Both the position numbers and the translations under genes were made by a program. From Adineta vaga (taxonomy: Eukaryota; Animalia; Rotifera), in NCBI GenBank assembly GCA_021613535.1, contig CP075493.1:18042001-18106000 (forward strand): a DNA stretch of 64,000 nt. The letters are read 5' to 3'. This document shows positions 38,304 through 51,329 of this stretch, one piece after another (positions within the stretch are counted from its first letter, which is position 1; each line of letters starts with the position of its first letter). The notes under the pieces were generated by a model. That model did not search any database. It was not told the DNA's origin and was given only the letters and a program-made list of their open reading frames with translations.

Positions 38304-40244
38304 TTACAGTTTATTCTTTATTTGATCGAGTTTCTTTTCACCCATTTGCCGCTGAGGGTGATTTGGCGGTAATGATCGTTTTGAAATTTCCACTGCACGT
38401 TCATAAAATGATCGTGCTTTGGAATAATCACCCATATATTCATACACCATACTGATATTGCTGTAGGATGTGCCCAAGTCAGGATGATTCGAAGGAAATA
38501 ATTTTTCTTTGATCTCCACTGATTTTTGGTGATATTCTAGTGCTTTAGAATAATCACGCATGTTGAAATACACCAAACCAATATTGTTAAAGGATATACT
38601 CAAATCAGGAAGATTCAGAGGAAGTGATTTCTCTCTGATCTCCAGCGCTTTTTGGTGAGATTCCAGTGCCTTCGAATACTGACCCATGTTATAATATGCA
38701 CCACCGATGTTGTTATAGGACATGCCCAAATTACGATGATTAGAAGGAAGTGTCTTTTGATAAATTTCAAGGCCTTTGTCGAAGTATTCAATTGCCTCTT
38801 AGTATTGTCCTTGAGTAAATTTGGCCGAACCAATTTGAAGATAAATCGGTGCTTCGTCACTCTCCTCAGTTGTTTGTTCCAGCATGATTTCATACACTTG
38901 TTCAGACTTGTCGAATTGTCCCATTTTACGAAGTAATGAACCTAATCTATACCATCCTGTTCCTGCACTCTCTTCACGGATGCGATCAGTCAATACACGA
39001 AGTTCTAGATCATCATCATCAGTTAATATTAAATTCACCCGAAATAGTCGATCATGTTTATCCATTGCTTGAATATCATTGATTCGAAATACAGTATGCA
39101 TGGAGAAAATTACTTCTTCCTCTCCACTTTTGAAGTAACTGACATCGATGATGGATGCAAATGGTGTGTTAGATTTCGATGGATCAATATTTATCACAAA
39201 TAGAATACCTACTAAATCTGGATTTGATGCAGCACGATGTGCAAAGCTTAGAGAGACCTTCTCATTCTTGCTGGTGGATAAAAAGTTAGTGAATGATAAT
39301 AGTCCACCTTTAGTCTTCTTCATTTGTTCAAAATCACCCTTCGATAAACCTTGCCCACGATAAACAATAAAGTTGCTGTTGTCGTGTCCACTAAATTGTT
39401 CGGAATGTAATTGCTCAATATGTCGGTGAAGATCAACAATAAAGAAACCCATTTTCATCATCAGATCGGCGTCCATCAGCCGTAAGGCACCATTGAGCAT
39501 TGGATAAAGGAGACATTCGTAGGTATACCACCAAATCGGTGTCTCTTTACGATATTCCCGCTCTAATTTCTCGACGTTCTTCAATTCTTCAGAATTATTA
39601 GCAAAAACATCCCGACAGTATTCAATAAATTCTTCAGTGTGTTTTTGTTGGAATTCGATAGTCAGTAAAGTTTCTTTGAAGATTTGTGTGTACATAAAAG
39701 AAGGATCCAGTTGATTGAGATTACCATTAGATCCTTCTCCTCGGGCAACAAAGTTGATAGATGTGGCGTTTTGTTCACAATCTTGTGAAGCTTATTTTAG
39801 AGCTTCACAAATATGTTTGATATTCGTAAAAACACCTTTAATTTTGGGCCATTGTTTGACCCATGATTCATGATATGTTTTGTCGTCACCAAAGATAAAG
39901 ATGGAGTCCACTTGTGACATGTCGTGCAGCCGAGGCACGATATGTTGACCAAGATAATGTGATATAATAATGCAGACCTTGTTATTGACGATGGTCCGGA
40001 TAAACTGGATGCATTGATCACCATTTGTATAGATGTTAATGTTGTTGACCACCTGATGCAGGCGGGTAATGGTGTTGAGACAATCTTCATTTTGTTCATT
40101 GATGTTTTCATCCAACCAAATCAGAAGGACATTTTGAACCATTCGAATATCGATTCGTCGACGTCCTTCTGTATTTTTGCGGACGGCACATGGCTGGGCT
40201 GTGGTCTGAGAGTGATCACATGTTGTTGATTTTTTCTTGTCCAT
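38304..40244 (-). pseudogene. ADP-ribosyltransferase (R-S-E) + TPR protein pseudogene
   Basis: N-terminal LIWLD/IFIF domain, PIWWYT..LYPMLN, VYRGQ, FLSTS, EEEVIF and HPDLGTSYSNI TPRs. In-frame TAA at 39792 and 38799, and a frameshift near 38770. Confidence 0.85.
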
Positions 40245-41461
40245 TGATTTGGTTGCGTATGTCGAATGAAAGTGAAAAAAATGATGAAAATAATGTGATT
40301 TTATAGATCATCTACTTTCTTTCTTGTTTATTTTCTTTCTTCTCTTTTATTATTGTAAGACAACACCCTTTTTTCTCTGATTATTGAATATGTTGCTATG
40401 AAAAACAACAAGAACATTTCTCATTGACGAGTAAATAATGAGAAAAAATGTTGACTACTCAAAAAAAAGAACTCTTTTTTGTCTTCTGAAGGAGAAAGAG
40501 AATTTTTACAACCATGCCTACCTAGGTTTTATATGTCATATCTCAAATCCACCTCAGAACCATGAAAACGCCATCAGTAGTATTGTAGATTTTTTAGAAA
40601 TTTCTTGAGAATGTATGGAAAGTGCTTTGGAGAAATCCTCTGAAGATCTTGATGGTTCGGTTATTTTTTATCCAAACTATCACATATTTTAGTTCATATG
40701 AAGGTACACCTACTCTGAAATTTTTATCATCCGGATAATGAAGATAGCAGTAAATTATGATAAAGTGGTCAGTTTTTTATATGAAAGCAGCAATAGAAAA
40801 ATTACTTTTGTCATAGTTTAAATGATATTTTACTAGATGAAAGATAAATTGAAATAAAAAAGAGAATTATAGAACAAGTAACAACACTGAGATGAAAGTA
40901 GATGTAGGTGTGAGCATTTGTCCTTCTGTTACTAACACTCTCACGCTCACCCTCAATGTTGCTTCTTTCTTTCGAATGATGCCGTTAGTTGAAAGCCACG
41001 AGCACGTATATGTATTCAGTGATGAGTCATCTACTAGTAAAAATTCAGTGTAGTGATGGTAGTTAATAATAACGCCAGGAAGTAGCCGATCTTCATGATT
41101 TTGGAGACCGTGCAATTTATACGCCTTCGCTCAACACTCGTACAATCACAGTTTTGGTTGTGTTTCTCTATTTGTCGCTGCTTTCAACCGTATGAGGTAC
41201 TTTCACCTTTAATGACAGACAAAATGAAAACGAACACACCACAACAAGCAATATATTCTAGAAGCAACTTCAGTTGTGATTGATTTCTTGACTCATCCTC
41301 AAAATGGAAGACACTTGTGGGACGACTGCATTTTGTCGAAAAGGTTACATTTCATTACGATAAGTCAGCAGATGAATCAGATACATGTAATCAATTTGTA
41401 CTTGAATTCGAAAGTTTGGATTCCAGAAGTTATTAATTAGACCTGTCACTTGTAGTGGCAT

Positions 41462-41487
41462 CCACAACCACACCCACACCCACACCC
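41462..41487 (-). repeat. Short interstitial telomeric tract
   Basis: CCACAACCACACCCACACCCACACCC. Confidence 0.7.
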
Positions 41488-41992
41488 TCTGTTTACTTAA
41501 TTGAAGATAATATAAAGCATATTTCATAAGATAATTGCTAGTACATTCATGATTAGTCGTGCACATATATCGCCAAAATACGTCATTGTCACCATATGGT
41601 TTATAATTAAAATGAGCATCTGCTATCAGACTAGCATCAAAGACGACATCAGTCATGTTATCACCATCGAAACTGGCAAGATCTCTAATTCCAACGTAAT
41701 CCACATCAAAATGCATTACACATGTTTTAGCTTGAACATATGATTGACAGCGTGATGGAATCGCTATTGAATCGTTGGAGGAAATAGCAAAACGACACTT
41801 CGTGAGACAACGAATCAGTTTGTTCGAAGTTTGGGTAGTCGATGTGATCTTCTGTTGATGATGAAACGAGTCATTTTTTGAAGATATGTGCGGTTTGTTC
41901 TCGACCAAAGCAAAACCAGCAAGTATCCATACAAATATCGTTTTACACAACATATCAGTATAATAAAGCTTTTGCGACGTTTGATAAATCAA
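41488..41992 (-). pseudogene. Secreted cysteine-rich protein gene, truncated by telomeric repeats
   Basis: Signal-peptide-like MLCKTIFVWILAGFALV and spaced Cys residues. The frame runs into the (GTGTGG)n tract, read as VWVWVW. Confidence 0.5.
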
Positions 41993-42115
41993 GAGCTCGC
42001 TCAGGTATTTTATATGTGATATATGACGTGTATGCGTGAATAATCTGTAAATATTACAGGTCTTGTATACAGATAAGAGTCTTCATTTATTTTTTTAAGG
42101 ATGGCTCGAACGCAT

Positions 42116-45100
42116 CAGTGATTGGATACTTAGTACAGGACTTGGTACTTTTCGTACTTTTTGCTTAAAAATCTCTAGTACTTAGTACAAATGTGCAGTA
42201 CAAGTACATATACTTTTTACTTAGCTTGTGTACTTAGTACTGGCACTTCAGTACATTGTACTGGAGTACAATGTACTTAGTACCGGTACTATAGTACACT
42301 GTACTGGAGTACAATGTACTTAGTACCGGTACTACAGTACATTGTACTCCAGTACAACGTAGTACATGTGTACTAGGTACTTAATCAGATGTTGTTAAAT
42401 TTAATCCTTTTTTCTAGCTGTTCATTTATGATTTCTGCGGGATACATACTTTTAATATGGTCTCGTCCATAGACATTCACTCAACAGCTTGCTAAATAGT
42501 GTATTTTTCAGGTAATCTTTTAATGTGGACTACTGAATTTTAAATTTTATGAATTATTTATCTATGCAACATCAAATCAAATACGGAATAATATTTTGTT
42601 GTTGAGTAGCCCGTTTGTTAAATATGTATTAAGTGCGCTTCACTTGGTAATTAGCTGTATATAAGCTTTCATTGAACATTCGATAATGAACATCAGATGA
42701 TGTTAGAATGATAAGTAAAAACTTTATTCGTTTCATGAAAAGACAGCAGCAAACAGTGATTTAATAAAAAGCATAGTAAGTAAAAATAAAGAGCGAAACA
42801 AGTGACAAATAAATGGTAAAACAACAGAAACATATGTAAAAAGAACAATTGATGCAAATAAAGAATGTGAGGCAATTGTTTCAAAGTAAATTCTGATTCA
42901 CACGGAGAAGAACTAAATCATTAAATAAAGTCTCATTCATGTTCGTTCTTCTTGATGTTAATATCAATCCGGCATGAGAGAAAACTCTCTCAATGGGCGC
43001 TGAACTTGCCTGAACTGAAAAAATTCTTACGATTAAATTTTTAAGAATCTTCAGTTGTGAATGAAACCAATAAGTAGAAAAATTTGAACGAACTGGATCG
43101 TTCAAAAACGCATCAAGTTCTATAGCAGGATCGAGTGAAGATGGTGCATTCGAATTCAGATCAATATTATTATCATAGTTGAATAATTTCCGACGTTTTC
43201 TCGGTGGTGTGAAGGTAGAAGAAGAAGCAGAATATACGAATGATGATGTTAAACAAGAATCGATATTCATTGGTGCACTAATTGTTGCTGGTAAATCCTT
43301 TTTCATTTCATTAATAATCAATTCGATTATGTGCTGTTTTAAACGATTTTCTGCTGTAGCAGGCAATTTCAAATCATGGATCCATAAAAATTTAAATGCT
43401 GGATCCAAAACAGCACCTATGAAATATATTGGATCACCATAGGCAGAGTTATCAGCAACATCACCTAAATTCAATCGATTAATAATTCCACCAAAACGTG
43501 TTTTAATTGATTGTTCAAGTTGCTGCACCAGTTTAACACATAACGATATATCTTGTCTAACATCACGAAGATGTGAAATCAAATGTACAATAGATGGTAC
43601 TACTAAACTAATCGTCATTGCTGCTTCTGCTTGACATTTAATTGAGATATCATTAAATGGTTGAAGAATATCAACAAGCTCTTCTAAAACAATGAAATCA
43701 TTATCAGAAAATTTAATTGGATCTTCCATTAAAGATGCAATCGATTCAAGATCTGTTTTACCAATTGACAAAATGGATTTGACTAATAAAAATTCACTAT
43801 TCCACCGAGTAATTGTCATTTTGTTGATGTTTTTATTCAATTCTTCAAGTGTTTCGACAGCTTTTGATGATCTGTGTGAAAATTTGGCAAGCGCTTGACA
43901 CTTTTTAAGTACTTTTGGTACATAAGAAGAATTTTTCAAACCATCACGTATAGATAATTGTAAAGAATGTATAAAACATGATAAACGAATATTCGAAGGA
44001 TTTTCCACATCATCATAATTGTCAGCAAATGAAACATTCATAAGCTTCAAGTCATCAATATTTATATCATCTACATTGAAATGATTTACATTATTTCTAT
44101 TTTGTATTCATTTAAGTAGAAAAAAAATGCTTACGATCGTTGTCATCGAATGCAGTATTACTATTTGAATTTGGTTTAGGTTCATCGTTATAATCATCAT
44201 AAATTTCATCATCAACGGACAGGCCAAATTTGTATGCTTTTATCATTGATGAAGCATTGTCCGTGACTATCTTATACACCTTGTCTTTGAGATTATAACG
44301 ATCGAGAATAAATTCGGTAGTTCGTTGAATATTTTCACCAGTATGTGTTCCTTTTAATCGTACAAAATCGATTAAAACTGTTTGTGGTTCACACTTGTAA
44401 TTAATAAAATGACAGGTCACGCCAATAAATGATCTGCTTCGTCTGTCAGACCATGCATCAACAGTTAATGTAACAAATTTTGCACCATTTAATGTTTCAT
44501 AAAGAATTTTTTTCATCCTATTCGCCAAAAATGTAATTCCATCATGTTTCAATTTTCTCGACGATATGGGGTCCCATTTGACAGTACATTCTTTCATGAA
44601 TAGACGAAAAGCAGCATTCTCTACTAAACTCAATGGTAAATTACATTTGATAATTAGATTTTTTGCAATAGACATATTAATACGATCTTGTTTAGTACTA
44701 CTTGATGATAATTCTAATTTTGATTGACTATCACCAGCATTACCATCTTCTGATGCATCTTCAACGCGACAACCAAATAATGTTTCATATTCAGATGAAT
44801 GTTTTCGTTTTAAATGCTTTACGAAATTGCTGACAATTCCAGTTTTATCCTTGTAATTGCGATTGCACGGTTTACAATAACCATTCACTCTATTGTTGTC
44901 AATAATTGAAAAATCAAAATACTTCTTCAATTGTTCAGCAGCCATGCTTATTGACGAAGACTTGTATAGAATTTATATTCAGATGTAAGATGTTGTTTCA
45001 CGGTGACTAATAACATATAGTCAGTTTTACGACCATGTACAAACAAGAGATTGGTGCACCCATTGTTCATACGCACCAATACACTTCCTTTTACTTTGCT

Positions 45101-45536
45101 ATTTTATTTCTTTTCTGTCCTTCAGATAACACTATTCATTAATTATATACCTCCATTGAAACTATATTGATTTTATGTCAATTAATACATGATATTGTAA
45201 TATAAATATCTCTTTTTATTTTTTCATTCCTCTAGATGTCATTATATCATGGCAACGGGAAATAATAACTTAGAAAATAATAATAAATACAAAACATGAA
45301 ATTATAACGAAGTACTAAGTACATTGTACTGAGTACAATGTACTTACTTTTTACTGTAGTACATTCTACTTAGTACATGTACCATAGTACATTGTACTAA
45401 AGTACATCGTACTCAGTACGGGTATTGAGTACAACGTACTACAGTACAATGTACTGAGTCCAAGTCCATAGTACAATTACTTAAGTAACAATTATTTGTA
45501 CTAGTACTTGTCGTACTTGTACTCGTCCAATCACTG
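42116..45536 (-). mobile_element. Full-length hAT DNA transposon
   Basis: TIRs CAGTGATTGGA / TCCAATCACTG, 8-bp TSD GAACGCAT (42108-42115 and 45537-45544), and GTAC-rich subterminal repeats at both ends. Confidence 0.95.
42881..44945 (-). CDS. hAT transposase with BED zinc finger (exons 44135-44945, 42881-44070; ~666 aa)
   Basis: CKPC..HLKRKH, TVDAWS, VTDNASSM, CFIHSLQL, TRWNS and SSAPIERVFS. A 64-bp GT-AG intron joins the two ORFs in frame. Confidence 0.93.
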
Positions 45537-46593
45537 GAACGCATGCAAAAAGATGAAAAAACATATCGTAATTACATACAAAACAAGAAACTTGTTTTTC
45601 GATATTGTGTCTTCTTGTTGGGTAATAATCTTACGGAGAAGATTATTTGTTCATCTCATCCCTCCTCAAGATATTCTTGATATAGAATCAATGGTATCAA
45701 CATGGTATGAATATGGTGCTCGCGCTAGTTTAGTAGGTATTAAAAAGTGTTGCCCATCAATTGGCAAATATCCAACAATTAGAACAATTGCGTATGGAAG
45801 AATTGCTGAATTAGTTAAGTAGATCGTAATACACGTGGATCAATAAACATTGGTTTTGATAGTTGATCCGATTCAAGTAAAACTATTCGATGTTCATTTT
45901 CGTATTTACATTTCACTTTGTATTGAAGAATTTCAGGTACAAAGAATATACAGGATTGGCAATAATATAATTTCAGGAGGGTAACGATACTATTTCAGGT
46001 ACCCGTCCAGATGAAAGCCCGTCAAAAACAGAATTTATTAATATAAAACAGAGTGTGTCAATAATAGTTTTTAGTGTCGAGCTCACACTAGTTCTGGAAA
46101 CTTTACACTTTTTCGAGTAAAAAAACCATATAGTGATAATATCAACTTAAAACAACCAAGTTGTTCTTGCAGGTGTGAGGACAAGGATGGGTGTGAGTAG
46201 AATTACCACAAAACGTAGGTTTTTCACTATTATTGATATAGATTATCAAGTGGCAAGGTGTTCGTATAGAAGACTCACAAAGAATCAATACAGAATACAA
46301 GGGTTAAATTCAAGTATAGGAAAAATTGTTTTTAGTGCTGGTTTTGCTGGTTAGACCAACGATTTCTGTATAGAATGTTTGTGTGAAATATGTTAGGGTG
46401 AGTTAGATTGGTTAGTTTATTTGTTCAAGTTAGGTACCCGTCAATACATTGGGAGAGAGTTATAACTGTGGAAAATTTTACGAAAAATGTACTGGTGGCT
46501 CGCTTGTTGAATGATGAACGTCATGGTTTCCCTTTGTTCTAGCATATGTAAATCTTGCTCATGGCGTTCTTGTTGTTATTCTCGTCGTAGTTG

Positions 46594-46975
46594 TTAGATG
46601 CGATCGATTTGTTGTAATTGCTCGTGGTCATCTCGGTGTTTTTGAAGTTCTTCTAGGTTATCCTCCAATGTAGTCTCATACTGTTGTAGTTGTGATTGAA
46701 CATGATTGTTGAGATCTATCTCGTGCTCTTGTAAGATTTGTAGAACATTTTCAATCTGTTGTTCTTGTTCTAAGTCGTCTTGTGTGGGTAGTAATTGTTC
46801 AAGGGCGGCGAAACCTTCTATTTCTGCGATTTGCTGATGATCCCATTCGTCTCCTTTGATGAAACGTCGCGGTGGATGCGGTTGATATGTGGCAAACACA
46901 GTACAATTCTGCGATGGCGTTTGTCTGGATCCAGGGAATAGTAGAGGAAACAGTGGTCGATATGTTGTAATCGCA
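46594..46975 (-). CDS. Coiled-coil (Q/E/L-rich) ORF remnant with its 5' end capped by telomeric repeats
   Basis: Open frame ...LEQEQQIENVLQILQEHE.... Telomeric-like repeats lie directly upstream at 46976-47006. Confidence 0.4.
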
Positions 46976-47006
46976 GTGGGTGAGGGTGTGAGGGTGGGTG
47001 AGGGTG
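46976..47006 (+). repeat. Mixed TGAGGG/TGTG telomeric-like tract
   Basis: GTGGGTGAGGGTGTGAGGGTGGGTGAGGGTG. Confidence 0.65.
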
Positions 47007-48194
47007 CTCTCGCAAGAAAGCAGAAACATTGTTGCTTCAGCAAGTGGTGTTAGAAACAGCGGCTCTCAAAAAGTGGTACGAGAAATTTTAGAGAAAACAG
47101 GACAGAAAGTGAGTTATTCTACGGTTCGTCGTGAACGCCAGCGACAAGGATTAAAACCATTCCATGTTATTTCAAAGCCACTGAAAACAGTCACACATGT
47201 TGAGGATCGAAAATGGCTTGCAAATTTCGTTGCTGACTGGACCGAGGAAGATTTCCTACATATGGCGCCGTCGGATGAATTTATATCTACGTGATAAGAA
47301 AACCAAACCATCAAAACGACAGAATTTGGGCAAAATCTGTTGAAGACATCACCGATGATGAAAGGTACCGTGAAATGGTTCGGAACGCAAAATGCATTGG
47401 AATTTTTGTTATGTTCACTGCAAAGAAACTTCTTTGGGTTCTGAAAGGGGATGGTCAATCATGGAATGGCGCCTATTTTCGTGACTTTATTCTGGAGAAA
47501 CATGTGATTCCATTTCTGCATAACCTAGTCAATGTTGTTGATACAGATGAAGTCATATTTCTTCACGATAAGGCACGCTGTATGAAAGCTAATGCAGCAC
47601 AACATTTTCTGGAAGATGAAGGAGTGCATTTCTGGAGCAATTCGATTTGGCCTGGCAATAGTCCTGACACGAATCCTGCAGAGAACATCGGTGCAACTAT
47701 CAAAGATAGAGTTGAAGAGCTGATGGCAAGTGAAGATCCTCAAGATAGATACAATTATGACGCTCTCAAAACTAACCTTGAGAGTGTCGTTGAGGAGCTA
47801 GAAAACGACACGGATCTTTTTGTTGATTTGCTGTGTTCCATGAGGAAAAGATTTGACGCTCTCGCAGCTGTCAGAGGAGGTCATACCAATTTCTAAAGTT
47901 ATAAAATTTACTGTTAAGCAGTTTATATCCTCAATAAATGAGAAACTTCATGATATATTCGAATAGGTGAATGGAATGATGGTTCTTGCACACATTCTAA
48001 ATTAGAGGATATATGGCACTCTGGTATATATGGCATAAGCTCTTTTGATTATGTAATAGACAACACCTGATTCGATAGTACAGGTTGATGTAGGAGTTTA
48101 CAGGCTACGATTTGGTATAAACTTGTTGATGAAATCATTTGATCTATAGGTAGAACCAGGGGGGGGGGGCGTAAAGGTTTTGAACCACCCTGTA
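47007..48194 (+). mobile_element. 5'-truncated Tc1/mariner-superfamily element, DD37E transposase pseudogene (47030-47896)
   Basis: VSYSTVRR, SDE, NHQNDRIWA and FLHD-(37 aa)-E in WPGNSPDTNPAEN. Frameshift near 47290. The right end is ...GGTTTTGAACCACCCTG followed by TA. Confidence 0.85.
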
Positions 48195-48414
48195 TATGTG
48201 CATTATCTTCATTGTGTCGATATATTTTAGCATTCGTCAATAAAGACCTCGCATGACTTGATAAATAATGCCAAACGATCAAGAAGTCATGCACGCATAT
48301 AGCGAGCACGTACGTTTATAATTTCTCAATTTACCATCGATCAACACAGGACTAACTATCATTTAACTATCCTGCATCTTTTTTCAATACGTTTTCTTAT
48401 ACAAGTCGAACCAA

Positions 48415-49465
48415 ATGAATACAACTGTATCGAATCCATTAAGTTATCTTTTTCATGTTGAACAACTGATCAGTCGATATTTACTTATCATGATTGTTGT
48501 CATCGGAACTTTTAGTAATTTGGCAACAATAATAATATTTCGACAAAAACATCTACGCTCGACTAGCTGTTCATGGTATTTTATGAGTATGGCTCTCTGC
48601 CATTTATTGTATATTGATCTTGGATGTTTATCAAGAGCAATTGCAGCATGGGCAGGATTTCATCCAAGTCTTGTTTCATCTGCACTCTGTAAACTATGGT
48701 CCTATTTAACAGGTTACCTACTTATTCTTTCGCGTCATTTTTTATGTTTGATTGCAATCGATCGATGGATGGTGACATCAAGAAATATAAAACTTCGAAG
48801 ATGCAGTTCCCGAAAAATCGCTCAATGGTTAATTATCATTGGTTCAATATTTTGGGCGCTGTTTAATATTCATTTGCTTATTAAGTTTCGTATTGAAATT
48901 GGTGACGGTTGTTCAGCATCTGACGACTCTTCGTATTTACTCTTCTATATCATCCTTAACTTATGTATTACATTTGTGCCTCTAACTATTATCATCGTAT
49001 TTAGCTGTCTACTTATGGTTAATATTCAGACAATCGGTCGAGCTCAAGCACTTTCACAGACAGACACAAGCTGCAGCGTACCACAAAACTCTATACAAAA
49101 CTCACATCATCGAATAAACGTTCAATTTATTCGATTATCTCTCATTCAGATAGGCATGTACATTATTTGCAATCTATTGCATGTTCATAATGTAATATAT
49201 GCATATGTATCACTTCATACTAATACAAGCGTCGAACGAAAAACGATCACTATATTTCTTAATATTATGGGCGTCAACCTCAATTATCTCTACACATCAG
49301 TACGAAATTTTATTTTATTTCATTTTTTCTGATCTAGCTCTATGTTTGCTTATTTAGATAACTCTTTTCATCTTCACATGCGCATCAAGAACATTTCGGA
49401 AAGAACTTCAATTGGGCTGGCAATATTTGAGTCAACATTTCTTCGCTCTTTTTTCTCGCATGTAA
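48415..49465 (+). CDS. Rhodopsin-like (class A) GPCR (exons 48415-49299, 49358-49465)
   Basis: Seven hydrophobic segments, GTFSN, LCLIAIDRW, and a phase-0 intron before ITLFIFTCASRTFRKEL. Confidence 0.9.
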
Positions 49466-49707
49466 AATTGATTTATACAAGTGTATGAATTTTCAATCGC
49501 GAGATAATCTACTATAAACAGTGAATAAGAGACTTATTTCTAAGAACTATTGGTATCAAGTATTTCTTCGTTCAAATGGGCATGTCTTTTTAGGGGATGT
49601 CAACTAAATAACTGGTGCTAATAAATACTGAGGATGAGTCAAGAAAACTACGATGCGTTTTAGATATGTCCAATGTTTCTAGGGTTCGTTTGATTTGATG
49701 AGATCTA

Positions 49708-50350
49708 TTAACCCTTTCGAGTCGATTCAATTTTTCGACGAAATAGCTTTAGCAAATTCATTTTGATGTACATTTATCTTTCGATAAATGCACTTGTTGA
49801 TCTTTCCAGTGTAGGTAACCTTTCTTTTTTCTTTTTCTTATTGTATCATTGTGTAGCCGATCTTCTTCCATGTAGAATGAATAATTATTCACGTTTGCTT
49901 TCTTTTTCTTCTATCTATTACACAGCAAGAACGAGATAACGAAACGAAATTTCCATTTTCTTTTTTCTGCTGCATTCTTTTCGAAGCAATATCTTGTATT
50001 CTTTCCTTTCATTTGTATCTAAACAACTGAAGTCTTGATTCAATTTACATGTCGTCTAAAGAAACCGATACAGAAGACAGCAGGAGCACAGCGAGTGATG
50101 TTAGTTCTTTGGATGATGATCTTGCTAGAATGCAAGTTGAAACATCAACCCCTCCGAGGAAGAAGTTACTGATGATGACCGAGATTTACAAGTTTGGAAT
50201 GATAATAGCGATAGGAGAGTACGATTAATATTTAATAAATAAATATTTTACCTATATTGTATATAAAACTGATAATCCTATTGTAAACATTTGGTTTTCG
50301 ATGTATATTGAATACAGTTGTTTCTTTCTATTCTTTTTAGAAGGGAATTA
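49708..50350 (+). mobile_element. Degenerate piggyBac-like non-autonomous element
   Basis: TTAA-CCCTTTC left end, imperfect GAAGGGAA-TTAA right end and a short acidic ORF remnant. Confidence 0.35.
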
Positions 50351-51329
50351 AATAAAAGAAAATCTCTCAAATTCACTACATGCTGATTTTTCATCAATTA
50401 AGAACGAACAACATATTGCCCTCTGTCAGAAATTTTCTTATTTGATGAAATTCTTGTTATTGGTCAAATAGTTATGAGCATCTTCTATTTATCTTTTTCT
50501 TTTTATTGCGAAAAAACTCGTATTCAATCATCTTTTATGAGAAAAAAAACTATCTTATTAAATATAGTTCTCCTTTATTTCTTTTTTTTCAAGAAAAGAA
50601 TCTAAAAAATTTCAATCAAACTAATTTTTTGTCTGTATAAATCGACTTATAGAAATTTTTTTAACTGCTAAATAGTAATCGTTAACGTTGATCAAAATTC
50701 TTTAGTACGTTTATTGAAAGGATAATTTTTTCTCATCCTTTTAGTTTTAGTTATAATAAAGAAAGGTTGATTGCCTTCTTAATCCAAGTTGATTTCTTTG
50801 ATATATTTCAAAAATTTTGACAATGAGAATATATCTGATTATTCAAAAAATCCTTCATTATATCAAATAAAATTCATTAGTTTTGCTTCCCAATATAAAC
50901 AATCAATTATGGAAAATAAACTAAATAGAATTGTATAAATCTAACATAATTTCCATATTGATTTGATGAGCATTAAAAATAATAATTTTGTTATCACACT
51001 AACACTAGAATCGGTTAATCGATATGTATTTATTAAACGAGATGAACTTTGAAAATGAATTGTTACAAATAATGTTAAAATATGTAATATTGAATTAATT
51101 GTTTAAGAGAAAAACGAATCAATTCAAAACAAGGTAAGTCTTTCTCTTACAAGAACACAAATTGGTTCAATATAGTTCTTTTTATTTGTATGATTACCAC
51201 GGAGTAGTGTACAAAACATAATGAATCAGCTTGACTTAATAATGAAAAATAACATGTTACTATTGCTTGAAATGCTATGATTCATTTTTAATTAGTTTTC
51301 TTTTTAAAAATCAAAATAATTTATTGATA

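Noticed and set aside
42120-42385. Regular GTAC-rich repeats resembling a CRISPR array or satellite
   Set aside because: There are no unique spacers. They are subterminal repeats of the hAT element and are mirrored at 45310-45525.
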